The notes: generated by a model not told the origin, from the sequence alone. A stretch of DNA of 64,000 nucleotides from an uncultured delta proteobacterium (GCA_963746475.1 CAVVBB010000004.1:21415-85414); one strand, 5' to 3'. Counted from the stretch's first letter, positions 53,177 to 62,991 are shown. Numbers and translations: made by a program.

Positions 53177-54397
53177 TCAGCCCCCGAAGGGCCCGGTCAC
53201 TTCATAGGTGATGCCGGTGTGGCCGAAGCGAGAAGCGCCTCGCTGGGAGCTGAAGTACAGGCGCTGTCCGCTCGGGTCGAAGGCGGGTCCGGTGATTTCC
53301 GACCAGGACTGACCGACGACTTGCAGCAGAGGGCCGAGACCGCCGTCCGGCGCGATGGCGACGATTTGCATGTCTCCGCCGTCCTCGGCCACGAGCAGAT
53401 CGCCATTCGGGGCGAGGGTCAGGTTGTCGACGCCAGTGAGGATCGGCGTCGCGGATGTACCGGCGTCGTAGAGGATGGAGAGCTGCGAGCTGCTGACCTC
53501 GAACGCCCAAATGCGATCGTCGCCCTTGGTCGAGAAGAACACTAAGCCTTCGTGGTACCAGACCCCCTCGCCGCCGTCGAAGGTTGAGCGCTCGGCGACC
53601 TGTGCGCGTGTCGGGGCCTGCCGCCCGCTCGGGTCCGGAACGGCGTGCCAGCGCAGCGCGCCCTCCGGGCCTGGGCCGAGGACTTGAGCCACCTCCAGGA
53701 GGCCATCACTCAAGTCGAGTCGCTCATCCCGGCGCCCTTTCGGCGTGAACCGATAGAAGCACCCATCAGGACGATCCTCGGTAAGATACAAGTGCCCGCG
53801 CGTCGGGTCGACGGCAATCGCTTCGTGCGTGAAGACCCCGAGCGCAGGAAGTGGCTTGGCTGGCTGCTTCCCCTGCGGATCGCACTCCCAAACGCGGCCT
53901 AGCTCGAACTCCTCGCAGGACAGCCAGCTGCCCCAGGGTGTCGCGCCCCCCGCGCAGTTCATGGTCGTGCCCGAAAGAATGGAGTAGGCATCGACGATCT
54001 GTCCTCGCGCATCGAAGCGGATGGCTCCGGTGCCACCGCGCCCATAGTCCAGCGCCTCGCTGTTCGAGACATAGATCCAGCCCCCGTCGGTCATGGGAAA
54101 CACGGCGGCGCCGTCGGGAGCGATGTGCCAGAGGTACTTCGAGCCGCGGACCGCCTGGCCCGAGCGAGCCACGATGCGACTGTGGAAGCCCGCGGGCAGG
54201 CGAATGCCGTTTTCGTCGGGGGCCTGCAAGGGCCCGAGTCGCCCGATAGGAACATCGGCCGAGCGTGGCTCGCAGCCGCCACGGCATCGAACCAGTGTGG
54301 AGCCTGCAAGGAGCCATCCCATCGCACCGAAGCCGCGGCGCAGAAAGTCTCTTCGCTGGGCGTTGAGCCCCTTCGTCACACGGGCTGTCATGGCCAT
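53177..54397 (-). CDS. Tat-exported PhoX-like (DUF839) beta-propeller phosphatase-family protein
   Basis: Twin-arginine signal (QRRDFLRRGFGAMGWLLAGS), the TPWGSWLSCEE motif and repeated propeller-like blades. The start is at M33 of the ORF-track call. Confidence 0.65.
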   Translation of the reverse strand: MAMTARVTKGLNAQRRDFLRRGFGAMGWLLAGSTLVRCRGGCEPRSADVPIGRLGPLQAPDENGIRLPAGFHSRIVARSGQAVRGSKYLWHIAPDGAAVFPMTDGGWIYVSNSEALDYGRGGTGAIRFDARGQIVDAYSILSGTTMNCAGGATPWGSWLSCEEFELGRVWECDPQGKQPAKPLPALGVFTHEAIAVDPTRGHLYLTEDRPDGCFYRFTPKGRRDERLDLSDGLLEVAQVLGPGPEGALRWHAVPDPSGRQAPTRAQVAERSTFDGGEGVWYHEGLVFFSTKGDDRIWAFEVSSSQLSILYDAGTSATPILTGVDNLTLAPNGDLLVAEDGGDMQIVAIAPDGGLGPLLQVVGQSWSEITGPAFDPSGQRLYFSSQRGASRFGHTGITYEVTGPFGG

Positions 54398-54513
54398 GCC
54401 AAAAACAACATAGTGATAACACACCGTGCCTTGCCCATCGATTCCCTGGACTTTAGGGTAGGCGGACTTCGGACCCACGGTCGGGTCGCACATTTTTCTG
54501 ACGGAGAGACACT

Positions 54514-55092
54514 ATGGCGATCGAACTGCCTGCCCTTCCATGGGCCAAAGACGCACTTGCCCCACACATCAGCGCCGAGACCATCGAGTACCACTACGGC
54601 AAGCATCACGCTGGCTACGTGAGCAAGCTCAACGCGGCCATCGAAGGCGGCGAGCTCGCGAGCAAGTCCCTCGTCGACATCATTCGCGCCGGTGGGGCCA
54701 CCTTCAATAACGCCGCCCAGGTGTGGAACCACACCTTCTATTGGAACAGCCTCAGCCCCAACGGGGGTGGAGAGCCCAGTGGCGCCATTGCCGACGCTAT
54801 CAAGGCCAGCTTCGGTAGCTACGCCAAGTTCCGCGAAGAGTTCGCGAACGCGGCCGCCACCCAGTTTGGCTCGGGTTGGGCGTGGCTCGTCGCTAAGGGT
54901 GACAAGCTCGCCATCGAGAAGACCTCGAACGCCGAGACGCCGATCACCACGAGCGCCAAGCCGCTGCTCACAATCGACGTGTGGGAGCACGCGTACTACA
55001 TCGACTACCGCAACGAGCGCCCCCGGTACATCACCACGTACCTCGACTCGCTGGTGAACTGGGACTTCGCGAACCAGAACCTCGCCGGCTGA
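54514..55092 (+). CDS. sodB: Iron superoxide dismutase
   Basis: Contains LPALPWAKDALAPHISAETIEYHYGKHH, the AAQVWNHTFYW Fe-type signature and DVWEHAYYIDY. Confidence 0.95.
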   Translation: MAIELPALPWAKDALAPHISAETIEYHYGKHHAGYVSKLNAAIEGGELASKSLVDIIRAGGATFNNAAQVWNHTFYWNSLSPNGGGEPSGAIADAIKASFGSYAKFREEFANAAATQFGSGWAWLVAKGDKLAIEKTSNAETPITTSAKPLLTIDVWEHAYYIDYRNERPRYITTYLDSLVNWDFANQNLAG

Positions 55093-55097
55093 GCTCG

Positions 55098-55985
55098 ATG
55101 GCCGAGCCACGCTGGACCCGCCGGGCTTCGTTCGTTTGGGTCGCAGTCGCCTACGCGGTCGCACTCGCAGCCGCGTGGGTGACAATCCTGCTCCTGCCCG
55201 ACGTTATCTCGCCGCTTTGGTCCGCGGCGATCGCAGACGTCGTCGCGACGCTCGTCGTGTTTGCGTTTTCGCGCGGCCTCGCCTGTTCGAGCGTCTACGA
55301 CGCGTACTGGTCCGTCGTGCCGCCCGTCATCGTCTTGTATTGGACCTTTGCGGCGGACGAAGCCATCCAGCCGGTACGCGCCGGCGCGGTCATCTTTCTC
55401 GTCTGCTGGTGGGCGGTCCGACTCACCTGGAACTGGGCGGTCGGCTGGCCGGGTCTCCATCACCAGGACTGGCGCTACGAACAAATCAAAGAGAAGTTTC
55501 CCAAACTCTGGTTCGTGAGCGACCTATTCGCCATCCACCTCTTTCCCACCGCGCAGGTGTTCCTCGGCCTGACTGGGGCCTGGCTCGCGGTCGCCGCGGG
55601 TGCGCGAGCACTGTCCTGGGTCGATGCGCTGGCGTTCATCGTGACGGCGGGCGCCATCGTGATCGAAACTGTGGCCGATCAGCAGATGCGTCGCTTCGCG
55701 GCCGTGAAGAAGCCCGGGGACCTGATGAACCAGGGGCTCTGGGCCTATTCGCGCCATCCGAACTACTTCGGCGAGCTTTCCTTCTGGTGGGGTCTGTACC
55801 TGTTCGGCGTGGCCGCAGCCCCCGAAGTCTGGTGGACTGTCGCGGGGCCCTTGGCGATGACCGCCATGTTCATGGGCGCTTCGATTCCCTTCATGGACCG
55901 CCGTAGCTGCGAGCGTCGCCCCGAATACGCAGAGCACATGAAGCGAGTCAGCGGGTTGATTCCCTGGTTCCCGAAACATCGCTGA
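55098..55985 (+). CDS. DUF1295 / steroid-5-alpha-reductase-like membrane protein
   Basis: Polytopic. Contains GLWAYSRHPNYFGELSFWWGLYLF, diagnostic of the DUF1295/ICMT-like reductase fold. The ATG lies 5 nt after the sodB stop. Confidence 0.8.
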   Translation: MAEPRWTRRASFVWVAVAYAVALAAAWVTILLLPDVISPLWSAAIADVVATLVVFAFSRGLACSSVYDAYWSVVPPVIVLYWTFAADEAIQPVRAGAVIFLVCWWAVRLTWNWAVGWPGLHHQDWRYEQIKEKFPKLWFVSDLFAIHLFPTAQVFLGLTGAWLAVAAGARALSWVDALAFIVTAGAIVIETVADQQMRRFAAVKKPGDLMNQGLWAYSRHPNYFGELSFWWGLYLFGVAAAPEVWWTVAGPLAMTAMFMGASIPFMDRRSCERRPEYAEHMKRVSGLIPWFPKHR

Positions 55986-56010
55986 AAGCCCGACAGCCCA
56001 CGGAGGTAGG

Positions 56011-56703
56011 ATGAGCGGAAAGAAGTGGATCTACGTGTTGCGTGCCGGCGGCGAGGACCACGCGGCCTTTGCAGAGCGAATGCGGAGTGACCTCGCTGAA
56101 CGGCTGCTCGCGCTCGGGCCGGACGCGCTCAAGCTCACCGTGACCGAGGCTCCACCCCCAAAGCTCTCCATCTTTCCGTTTCGGCGCCAGCCGATCGCCG
56201 TATTCAGCATTTGGGACTCGGAAGACGAGCCGTCGAGGTTTGACCCGCTGATGAGGAGCTCTGCGCCCAGAGTCTCGGGCTACGAGGTCAAAGAGAGCAC
56301 GCCCGTTCCTTATGCCAAGACCTGGGCGGACGGAGAAGCGACGCCCACGCCCATCTTGCTGACTTTCCTCCACAAGAAAGCCGGTCTGTCCGACGCCGAA
56401 TACCTGTCACGCTGGCACGGAGGACATACTCCGCTCTCACTCGAGGTCCATCCACTCTGCTACTACGTGCGCAACGTCATCACGGCTCCTGTCACTGAGG
56501 CCGCGGACGACTGCGACGGCATCGTGGAGGAGGCTTGTCCGAGCAGTAGAGTGCTGCTGAACCCGCTGAGCTTCTATGGCGGACCGCTACGAATGATTCC
56601 GAACGTGCTGCGCGTTGCGAGGGACGTCATGGGATTTTTGGACATGAAGAGGCTCGAGGTGTTCTACGCGACCGAGTATCAGCTTCGGACAGGTAGCCGA
56701 TGA
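56011..56703 (+). CDS. Hypothetical protein, possibly EthD-like
   Basis: 230 aa. The segment LHKKAGLSDAEYLSRWHGGHTPL resembles the EthD-domain opening motif. The assignment is weak. Confidence 0.4.
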   Translation: MSGKKWIYVLRAGGEDHAAFAERMRSDLAERLLALGPDALKLTVTEAPPPKLSIFPFRRQPIAVFSIWDSEDEPSRFDPLMRSSAPRVSGYEVKESTPVPYAKTWADGEATPTPILLTFLHKKAGLSDAEYLSRWHGGHTPLSLEVHPLCYYVRNVITAPVTEAADDCDGIVEEACPSSRVLLNPLSFYGGPLRMIPNVLRVARDVMGFLDMKRLEVFYATEYQLRTGSR

Positions 56704-57485
56704 GCGTGTCCTACGCGCTCGACGGCCGCGTCGCCGTGGTCACGATCGAGCGTCCCGAGGTTCGCAATGCCGTCGACTTGCCTACGGCACGGGCTTTGGC
56801 CGAGACGTTTCGGCGATTCGACGCGGATGGCGCGGCCGATGCGGCAGTCCTGACGGGCCGGGGCGGGGCCTTTTGTGCCGGCGCGGACTTGAAGGCACTC
56901 GCGGCCGGCGAGGCGCGAATCGCCAGCGAAGGGGACGACGGGCCCATGGGACCTACTCGCATGCTCTTGTCGAAACCGGTCATCGCCGCGATCGAGGGGC
57001 ACGCGGTTGCCGGTGGTCTCGAGCTGGCGCTCTGGTGCGACCTCCGGGTCGTCGCCGAAGACGCCGTGCTCGGGGTGTTCTGCCGGCGTTTCGGGGTGCC
57101 TTTGGTAGACCTCGGGACCGTCCGCCTGCCGCGGCTCATCGGGCAGAGCCGGGCGATGGACTTGATCCTGACGGGTCGGGGCGTCGGCGCCGAAGAGGCT
57201 CTGCAGATGGGCTTGGCCAACCGGGTCGTGCCCTGCGGGGAGGCGCTCGCCGCGGCCACAGAGCTCGCCCGGCAGATCGCTTCCGTGCCGCAGCGCTGCA
57301 TGCGAAACGACAGACGCTCGGTTCTGGAGCAGTGGGGGCTGTCCGAAGAAAAGGCCATGCGAAACGAGTTTCGGCTCGGCCTGCAGACGCTTCAAAGCGG
57401 AGAGACCCTGCGGGGGGCGGAGCGTTTTCGCGACGGCGCGGGCCGGCACGGTGCGCCCGAAGAGCAGGAAGGCTCGGACAGCTAG
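56700..57485 (+). CDS. Enoyl-CoA hydratase/isomerase (crotonase) family
   Basis: Contains RPEVRNAVD, FCAGADLKA, KPVIAAIEGHAVAGGLELALWCDLRV and GVPLVDLGTVRLPRLIG. Overlaps the upstream stop (ATGA). Confidence 0.9.
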   Translation: MSVSYALDGRVAVVTIERPEVRNAVDLPTARALAETFRRFDADGAADAAVLTGRGGAFCAGADLKALAAGEARIASEGDDGPMGPTRMLLSKPVIAAIEGHAVAGGLELALWCDLRVVAEDAVLGVFCRRFGVPLVDLGTVRLPRLIGQSRAMDLILTGRGVGAEEALQMGLANRVVPCGEALAAATELARQIASVPQRCMRNDRRSVLEQWGLSEEKAMRNEFRLGLQTLQSGETLRGAERFRDGAGRHGAPEEQEGSDS

Positions 57486-57559
57486 CTCCGGTGGGACCAG
57501 CGGTTCCGATGCATCATTCCGATCGCTCGCCAAGCGGACTGCGGTTAGACTGCCGCAGC

Positions 57560-57979
57560 ATGGCGGACACCATTTTCAGCAAGATCCTGCGCGGCGAAAT
57601 TCCCTGTCACAAAGTCTACGAAGACGAGCACGTGCTCGCTTTTCTCGACATCGGTCCTCTAAGCCCAGGGCACACGTTGGTCATTCCCAAAGAAGCGGTC
57701 ACCACCCTCGACCAGCTTTCGGACGAAGCCTCTGCGGCCATCGGCCGCGTCCTGCCGCGACTATGCCGTGCCGTGAAGAAGGTGACCGGAAGCGACCAAT
57801 ACAACATCTTGCAGAACAACGGCCCGCTCGCGCACCAGGCGGTGTTTCACGTGCATTTTCACATCATCCCGAAGCCCAGTGAGAAGGTGGGACTCGACAT
57901 CGGCTGGCCCGCGGGCAAACTCGACCCCGAGCAGGCCAAGGCCTTGGCCGTGTCGCTTCGAGCCGAGCTCGGGGTCTAG
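57560..57979 (+). CDS. HIT-family (histidine triad) nucleotide hydrolase
   Basis: Contains IFSKILRGEIPCHKVYEDEHVLAFLDI.P.SPGHTLVIPK and HVHFHIIP. Only the last 139 codons of the 368-aa ORF-track call are credible. Confidence 0.9.
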   Translation: MADTIFSKILRGEIPCHKVYEDEHVLAFLDIGPLSPGHTLVIPKEAVTTLDQLSDEASAAIGRVLPRLCRAVKKVTGSDQYNILQNNGPLAHQAVFHVHFHIIPKPSEKVGLDIGWPAGKLDPEQAKALAVSLRAELGV

Positions 57980-57980
57980 C

Positions 57981-58517
57981 GTGGCTGCCGGCCGCATCGA
58001 CAGCTCGCTGTCCTTCGTGGGCCTGAAGATCGCGGTGCTCACCGTCTCCGACACGCGTACGGAGGAGACGGACAAGTCCGGCAAGCTCCTGGTCGATCGC
58101 GCGACCGCGGCCGGTCACGAGCTGGTCGAAAAGCGCATCGTTTCCGATGACCAGGCGCAGATCGAGGCGCGGCTCCGTACCTGGATCGCCGCACCGGAGG
58201 TCGAGGTGGTCATCGCCACCGGGGGAACGGGTGTCACCGGCCGCGACGTGACCCCAGAGGCATTCGAGTCCGTCTTCGAAAAGCCGATTCCCGGCTTCGG
58301 CGAGCTGTTTCGCATGCTCAGCTATGAGAACGTAGGCGTCTCGACGATTCAATCGAGAGCGGTCGCCGGCGTCGCCAACGGGACCTATCTGTTCGCGCTG
58401 CCCGGCTCGACCGGCGCCTGCAAGGACGCCTGGGACGGCATCCTGCAGTACCAGCTCGACATCCGCTTCCGCCCCTGCAACTTCGCCGAGCTCATTCCGC
58501 GGCTTCGCGAGAAGTAG
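57981..58517 (+). CDS. moaB: Molybdenum cofactor biosynthesis protein B
   Basis: Contains [13 protein letters not shown]...DKSG and [19 protein letters not shown]. An in-frame GTG lies 1 nt after the HIT stop. Confidence 0.85.
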   Translation: MAAGRIDSSLSFVGLKIAVLTVSDTRTEETDKSGKLLVDRATAAGHELVEKRIVSDDQAQIEARLRTWIAAPEVEVVIATGGTGVTGRDVTPEAFESVFEKPIPGFGELFRMLSYENVGVSTIQSRAVAGVANGTYLFALPGSTGACKDAWDGILQYQLDIRFRPCNFAELIPRLREK

Positions 58518-58540
58518 TCGCCCGCCGTCTCCGGCCGCCG

Positions 58541-59905
58541 TTAGGGCTGGAGCGCGCTCAGCGGTACAGAGGTGATGTTCCAGGTCATCATCGACATGGG
58601 GATGTCGCGGCGGTGAATGACCTCGCGCTTGGGACGACCGTTTTTCCAAACGTAGCGGCGCAGCTCTCCCTGCTGGTCTGCGGCCACGTAGAGCTCGTCC
58701 TTACCGTCCTCATCGAGGTCGAGCAGGATGCTGGCGTGCTCGAAGCCGCCGGAGTCCCGGTCGATGCTTTCGATGCCCCACTCGGCGCTCGGGTCCTTGC
58801 CGGGGCGGAGCAGCCATAGACCCTTGCTGAAGGAAGCGACCACGATTTCTTTCTTGCCGTCGCCGTCGACATCGCCCGCGGTCAAAAAGCGCGACAGGCG
58901 GTCCGGAATCGTCGCGATGATCTGCTTTGCGTCCGCAGGCGTGTTGGCGTCATAGCGACGAATCTCCACGGGTTCGACGAGCTGCAGGCTGCTGCCGCTT
59001 CCCTGGGTCTTGGCTTCCACGGCCACGTAGAGCTCGTCCCGGCCGTCTCCGTCGATGTCGTCGACGAGGATTTCCTTGGCGTGCCGCTCGCCCAGGTCTG
59101 CGACGACTTTGCGTTCGCCGCCCTTCTTGGGGATGTACCGCACGACTTCACCGTGCTGGGCTTCGGCGTCGAGCTTGTTCGGGTCGCTCGGCGTCGCGTA
59201 CACCTCGAGCACAGCGTCGCTGTCCAGGTCGCCGATTTCGATCTCGTGTACGAAGGTGTCCTTCTTGCGGTCGAGCTTCACGACCTCCCAGTCGTTTCCC
59301 TTTTGCCGGAGCACGGCCACGACGCCCTGGTCGTGTGTCGCGACCGCGATGTCCAGAGTCCCTTCGCCGTAGAGGTCGGCTAGCTCTGCGTCGCGCATCC
59401 GGTCGAACTTGCCGCCAAACTTCTCGGTCCAGAGTGTCTTCGGCTTCCATTCACCGCCCTGCAGATTCCAAAGCTTCACGTAGGCCCCCGAGCCGCCGAG
59501 CGTCAGGATGCCGGTGGGCTGGCCCTGGGGAGACAGGACCATGGCCTTGTGAAAGACGTTGCTGTCCGGGTCCTCGATGAGCTGCGTCTTCCACTCGCCG
59601 TTCTCCTCGGTGAGAAGCTCGAGCCGGGCAGGCCCTGGTTTGGCCGTGGCTTTGCCATTTTCGATCTCGAACTGCGAGTAAGCGAGCAACAGGCCCTGGG
59701 TGAGCTTCGGAGCGGCGGCTTTGCTCTCGGGCTCCGTAGCCGCCTCGGCGCTGGCCGCCTTCGCGCTGTCTTGCGGTTCTGCAGCAGGGCTGGTCTCCGG
59801 GGCTTCAGCCCTCGTCTCTGCAGGGCTGGGCTCGTCGCCGCCCTTGCAGGCCAGGCCGAAGAACAACGCGAAGACTGAAAAACAAACGAGCGCGCTTTTT
59901 CGCAT
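58541..59905 (-). CDS. FG-GAP/VCBS-repeat lipoprotein
   Basis: Lipobox FFGLAC, an Ala/Glu/Pro linker, then repeated D.DGDG.E/D calcium-binding loops (DIDGDGRDELYV, DVDGDGKKEIVV, DLDEDGKDELYV). Confidence 0.75.
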   Translation of the reverse strand: MRKSALVCFSVFALFFGLACKGGDEPSPAETRAEAPETSPAAEPQDSAKAASAEAATEPESKAAAPKLTQGLLLAYSQFEIENGKATAKPGPARLELLTEENGEWKTQLIEDPDSNVFHKAMVLSPQGQPTGILTLGGSGAYVKLWNLQGGEWKPKTLWTEKFGGKFDRMRDAELADLYGEGTLDIAVATHDQGVVAVLRQKGNDWEVVKLDRKKDTFVHEIEIGDLDSDAVLEVYATPSDPNKLDAEAQHGEVVRYIPKKGGERKVVADLGERHAKEILVDDIDGDGRDELYVAVEAKTQGSGSSLQLVEPVEIRRYDANTPADAKQIIATIPDRLSRFLTAGDVDGDGKKEIVVASFSKGLWLLRPGKDPSAEWGIESIDRDSGGFEHASILLDLDEDGKDELYVAADQQGELRRYVWKNGRPKREVIHRRDIPMSMMTWNITSVPLSALQP

Positions 59906-59985
59906 GCCGGTGGCTACCACGCAGCCCTTCGGGCGGCAATTTGACCCGCCACGGGGGGCCAGGTACGGCAGCGCGAAGGAGACCC

Positions 59986-62952
59986 GTGAACCCGAAGACC
60001 AAACGAATCGCTCTCTTTCTTCTGAAGCTCTTCTTCTCGGTCGGCATGCTCTGGCTGATCTTCCGCAAGGTGCTGCGCCGGGATGGGGCCGAGGAGCTCG
60101 GCGGCCTGCTGGCCGACTTGAGCTGGGGCTGGGTGGCCGCGGCGGTCCTGATGCAGCTCATCGCGATCGGGTTCAGCACGGTCCGCTGGCAGCGCCTGCT
60201 CGTCGGGCAGGGCATTTTCGCCAGTTGGCGTTTTCTGTGGGGCTCGATTCTCATCGCCCGCTTCTGGGGCGCGTTCACGCCAGGTGGCTTCACCGGCTTT
60301 GGTGGCTGGCGCATCTATGACGTCGCCCGGCACACGGGCAAGACCGCCCGGGCCACGGCGACCATCGGTGTGGAGATGATTCTGGGGCAGCTGGCCTTCG
60401 GCGCGGTCGTCATGGCGGGCAGCCTCTACGGGATGCGTTTTTTGGGCACCGAGGGCGTGCTCCTCGTCAATGCCGTGTTCCTCGGCATCATGGTGGTGGG
60501 CCTGGTCTTCCTCGCGCAGCCGCAGCTCTTCCTGTTCTTCGCCCGCTTCGTCCCGGAGGGGATTCGCGCCCGGGTGCAGACCCTCATCGACGCCGTGGGC
60601 GCGTACCGCGGCAAGGCGAAGTTGCTGATTCAGGCTGCGCTACTCGGCGTCGGCACGCATGCCTTCAACAACCTCATCTACGTTTGCGCCGCGCGCGCCC
60701 TCGGTGTCGAGCTCGGCGTGGGCGAGGTGTTCTTCGCTTCATCCCTGCAGATTTTGGCCACGCTGGTGCCCGCCAGCATCAACGGCATCGGCCTGCGCGA
60801 GGCCGCAGCGGTGGCCCTGTACACTTCGCCGGCCATCGGTCTGCCTCTGGCGGTCGCCGTGCTGATCCCCACCCTGGGCTTTGCCTGCGAGATGTTCGTC
60901 TCTGCCTTCGGCGGTCTCGTCTTCCTGCTGCGCAAGTCCGGCTACGAGCCGAACATCCGCGTCGAAGATCCGGAGCGCGAGGAGCTCGCACACCAGGCCA
61001 TCCCCAAGGCCCCGCCGCAAGCCTGGCCCAAGCCTCTGCGTGGCCTCTTTGTGGGCCTGAGCGCAGGCGTGCTCGCGGGCCTGCTCATCGGGCTCGGCGA
61101 GGCCCTCGTCATCGCTGCGTCCTCGGCTGGCGCCACGGGCGCGCGCGTCTTCGTGTACGGGCCGTTGTGCTACGGGCTCTTCTGCGGTGCCTTTGGCGCG
61201 GGCCTGGGTTTTGCGACGGCGCTCAGCGGTCGCTGGATGAAGCGCCATGCCGTTCCCGAGAAGGAGGCCTTTGCATATTTTGCGGCTGCAATCTTCGGCT
61301 TCTTCGCGCTTGCCCTGGGCGCGTTTCGTATCCGACGCGACCTGTTTCACGAGGAGCTGGTCTGGAAGAGCGCGCTCGGTCTCGGCGTCCTGCTGGGCTG
61401 CGCCTTCGCGGTGGCCGGCCTGAGCGCGATCCTAGCGCGCCTGCTGTCGAAGCTGGTCCAGAAGCGCCCGCTGTCGGCTTTGACGCAGCCGTTGATCTCG
61501 CTCGGTCTTCTCGTGCTGCTCGGAGCCGGCCTCATCGCGAATATTGCATGGGCCGGGCGTGAGCCTCAGATCGACGCCGCCAACCAGGCCGGCAAGGGCG
61601 ACCAGGCTGCGAATCACATTCTGCTCATCGTGGTCGACACGCTTCGCGCCGACCACTTGCCCGGTTATGGTTACGAGCGGGGCGCCACGCCCAGCCTCGA
61701 TCAGTTCGCCGAGGACGCCATCCGCTTCGACCAGGCCTTCGCGAATGCGAGCTGGACCAGGCCGAGCTTCGCGTCGATTCTGACGGGGCGTCTTCCCAGC
61801 AGTCACGGGGTCATGGCCAAGAGTGACGCGTTGCCGGACGCTGTGACGACCTTGCCCGAGGCCTTGAAGCGGGCGGGCTACACGACCGCCGGCTACGCCA
61901 CCAATTTCAACGTCGCCCCGTACTTCAACTTCCACCAGGGCTTCGACTCGTACTTCTACCTCGAACCCGAGTTCGTGCTCGGTGCCGACGACGCCAGCGC
62001 CAAGCTTTTGCTCATGCAGTTCGTTCGCCAGCGCATCGAGAGAGCGCGCGCCAGCACCGGCGAGGTCTTGCCGGGAACGGCGTATCAAGACGCCGAGACC
62101 GTCAATCGGGCTTTGCTCGGCTGGGTCGACCAGCAGGCCTCCGCGCCCTGGTTCCTTTTCGTGGGCTACATGGACCCGCACGACCCTTACTTCAGCCACC
62201 CTTACGACGGCAGCGGTTATGCGCGCGCGGCGCACCAGAAGCCGGAGCCTTCGGAAGCGCCGGCACTGCGTGCTCTGTATGACGGGGAGATCAGCTACTG
62301 GGACGCGCAGTTCGGCAAGCTCGTCGAAGGCTTGAAGACGCGCGGCGTGTACGACGACATGACCATCGTCGTGACCAGCGACCACGGCGAGGAGTTCGAC
62401 GAGCACGGTGGCTTTTGGCACGGGACGACCCTTTACGACGAGCAGGTCCGCGTTCCTCTGTTCGTCAAGCTGCCCCGGAGCCGTCGCGGCGGGACGACCG
62501 TGCGCCACTGGGTGCAAAGCATCGACCTCATGCCGACCATCCTGAGAAGCGTCGACGTCGACGTTCCAGAGCAGGTTCAGGGTGGCGACCTGTTCGTCGG
62601 GACCGACGTGGTCTACGCCGAAGAGAGTCATGAGGGCAATGTGCTCGAGTCGCTGCGAGAGCTTCGTGGAACCGACGAGTACAAGCTCATCACCGCCAAC
62701 GCAGGCAATCCGCGTGGTCTGGAGCCCGTGGAGCTCTACAGGGTCGACGACGATCCGGCCGAGCAGCAAAACCTCGCGCAGGAACGACCTGATGAAGTGA
62801 TTGCGGCGACGAAGACGCTGGTCCGACATCGCATGATGGCCGCGCAAGGCGCCGTCGCCGCGGACTCCGTTGCGCTCGACGAAGATGTGGCCGCTCACCT
62901 CGAGGCGATCGGTTACATGGAGCGCGGGGCGCAGCAGCCGAGCAAAGAGTAG
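59986..62952 (+). CDS. Fusion protein: UPF0104 (LPG-synthase-TM / flippase-like) domain + extra TM bundle + sulfatase-fold (alkaline-phosphatase superfamily) domain
   Basis: N-terminus KRIALFLLKLFFSVGMLWLIF...VRWQRLL (PF03706-like) with about 8 TM helices, then about 5 more TM helices. After that come ILLIVVDTLRADHL, NASWTRPSFASILTGR, VVTSDHGEEF and a HGTTLYDE sulfatase-fold motif. The GTG at 59986 is preceded by AAGGAG. Confidence 0.75.
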   Translation: MNPKTKRIALFLLKLFFSVGMLWLIFRKVLRRDGAEELGGLLADLSWGWVAAAVLMQLIAIGFSTVRWQRLLVGQGIFASWRFLWGSILIARFWGAFTPGGFTGFGGWRIYDVARHTGKTARATATIGVEMILGQLAFGAVVMAGSLYGMRFLGTEGVLLVNAVFLGIMVVGLVFLAQPQLFLFFARFVPEGIRARVQTLIDAVGAYRGKAKLLIQAALLGVGTHAFNNLIYVCAARALGVELGVGEVFFASSLQILATLVPASINGIGLREAAAVALYTSPAIGLPLAVAVLIPTLGFACEMFVSAFGGLVFLLRKSGYEPNIRVEDPEREELAHQAIPKAPPQAWPKPLRGLFVGLSAGVLAGLLIGLGEALVIAASSAGATGARVFVYGPLCYGLFCGAFGAGLGFATALSGRWMKRHAVPEKEAFAYFAAAIFGFFALALGAFRIRRDLFHEELVWKSALGLGVLLGCAFAVAGLSAILARLLSKLVQKRPLSALTQPLISLGLLVLLGAGLIANIAWAGREPQIDAANQAGKGDQAANHILLIVVDTLRADHLPGYGYERGATPSLDQFAEDAIRFDQAFANASWTRPSFASILTGRLPSSHGVMAKSDALPDAVTTLPEALKRAGYTTAGYATNFNVAPYFNFHQGFDSYFYLEPEFVLGADDASAKLLLMQFVRQRIERARASTGEVLPGTAYQDAETVNRALLGWVDQQASAPWFLFVGYMDPHDPYFSHPYDGSGYARAAHQKPEPSEAPALRALYDGEISYWDAQFGKLVEGLKTRGVYDDMTIVVTSDHGEEFDEHGGFWHGTTLYDEQVRVPLFVKLPRSRRGGTTVRHWVQSIDLMPTILRSVDVDVPEQVQGGDLFVGTDVVYAEESHEGNVLESLRELRGTDEYKLITANAGNPRGLEPVELYRVDDDPAEQQNLAQERPDEVIAATKTLVRHRMMAAQGAVAADSVALDEDVAAHLEAIGYMERGAQQPSKE

Positions 62953-62991
62953 GGTGCATCGCGCGGCGAGGCTTGGCAGACCCTCGGCGGC

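Noticed and set aside
56873-57559. Upstream 229 codons of the 368-aa ORF 56873-57979
   Set aside because: This region overlaps the crotonase gene in a different frame and has a low-complexity Arg/Gly/Ala composition. Only the terminal HIT domain, from ATG 57560, is credible.
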